Positions 63,168-64,000 of a stretch of DNA of 64,000 bases are shown piece after piece. How positions within the stretch are numbered: position 1 is the stretch's first letter; each line of letters opens with the position of its first letter. A model generated the notes under the pieces. It searched no databases. It saw only the letters and a program-made list of their open reading frames with translations, and had not been told where the DNA came from. The stretch lies in contig JBDRCT010000013.1 in assembly GCA_043821445.1 (NCBI GenBank), positions 6,270 through 70,269 of the forward strand, in the 5' to 3' direction. The DNA comes from Candidatus Omnitrophota bacterium (GTDB lineage Bacteria; Omnitrophota; Omnitrophia; Omnitrophales; Aquincolibacteriaceae). Position numbers and translations under genes: made by a program.

Positions 63168-64000
63168 TTAACCTGCGTGTTTGCTGACCAGTTCGTAAAA
63201 TCTTGTGAAGAGGTAGTCGCTATCGTGCGGCCCCGGGGCATTCTCAGGATGATATTGCACGCAGAAGATAGGATGTTTTTTGTGCCGGAACCCTTCGAGC
63301 GTTTTGTCATTTAAATTGACATGGGTCATTTCCACTTCATCTTTAGGCAACGAATCGATCGTCACCACAAAATTGTGGTTCTGGGAAGTGATCTCGATCT
63401 TCCGGGTCTTGAGGTCCATGACGGGCTGGTTATTGCCATGGTGCCCGAACTTGAGTTTTGAGGTCTTGCCGCCAAGGGCCTGCCCGATCATCTGATGACC
63501 GAGACAGATCCCGAACATCGGGACTTTGCCGATCAGTTTCCGGACGGTTTTAACCAGATATTGCACCGCCGCAGGATCGCCAGGACCATTCGCAAGAAAA
63601 ACACCTTGGGGTTGGTACGCCATGATCTCTCCCGCGGTCGCACTCGCCGGGACCACTTGAACGTTGAAGCCGTGCTGGTTGAGCTTCCGCAAGATGTTCC
63701 ATTTGACGCCGCTATCCACGGCCACGATCTTAAACTTTTTTTTCTGAAAATCCCCCCAGGCAAACTCTGCCGGCATGATCTCGTTGAATTCAAAGGGTTT
63801 TTGACAGGTCACTTCTTTAACGAGATCCACACTTTCAATGCCTTTGGATTTTTTAGCTTTTCGGACGAGTTTCTTGGGATCCAGCTCCCCAGTGGAAATA
63901 ATCGCTTTCTTCGCTCCCACGGTCCTGAGGTGCTTCACAAGCCTGCGGGTGTCGATCCCCTGGATGCCAAGGATATTGTATTGCTTTAAATATTGATCCA
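63168..64000 (-). CDS. carA: Carbamoyl-phosphate synthase small subunit (5' end beyond the window)
   Basis: Frame open to the window end (…GIDTRRLVKHLR); NGPGDP, GICLGHQ, TSQNHNF, QYHPE. Confidence 0.96.
   Translation of the reverse strand, partial: DQYLKQYNILGIQGIDTRRLVKHLRTVGAKKAIISTGELDPKKLVRKAKKSKGIESVDLVKEVTCQKPFEFNEIMPAEFAWGDFQKKKFKIVAVDSGVKWNILRKLNQHGFNVQVVPASATAGEIMAYQPQGVFLANGPGDPAAVQYLVKTVRKLIGKVPMFGICLGHQMIGQALGGKTSKLKFGHHGNNQPVMDLKTRKIEITSQNHNFVVTIDSLPKDEVEMTHVNLNDKTLEGFRHKKHPIFCVQYHPENAPGPHDSDYLFTRFYELVSKHAG

Overview
Bacterial chromosomal window (~55% GC, mostly minus-strand genes). The gene content, with a giant multi-enzyme ORF and a Tad pilus locus, resembles Omnitrophota; this assignment is an inference. 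In order: valS (partial), cimA, and a lysC-apgM-like-thrC-hom operon; a 19.4-kb ORF (6480 aa); msbA-like, Gfo/Idh/MocA and lpxB lipid A genes; a Tad/Flp pilus cluster with an embedded diguanylate cyclase and two tandem flp genes; two TIGR04073-like proteins; gltD-gltB; a frameshifted PEP/pyruvate-binding-domain gene; two tandem carB genes; and carA (partial). The standout is the giant ORF. It has an N-terminal membrane anchor and a candidate TIKI/TraB/ChaN-fold domain, followed by about 12 sugar/cyclitol/nucleotide enzyme domains. These domains fall into blocks bounded by ten copies of an R[SA]E[AMV]R motif conserved at protein level, which suggests a processed polyprotein. Also notable: families of 7/8-bp-periodic inverted repeats, both intergenic and inserted in frame into valS and the giant gene; a displaced old carB 3' end marking a cassette insertion; and an ApgM-like protein that has lost most of its catalytic residues.
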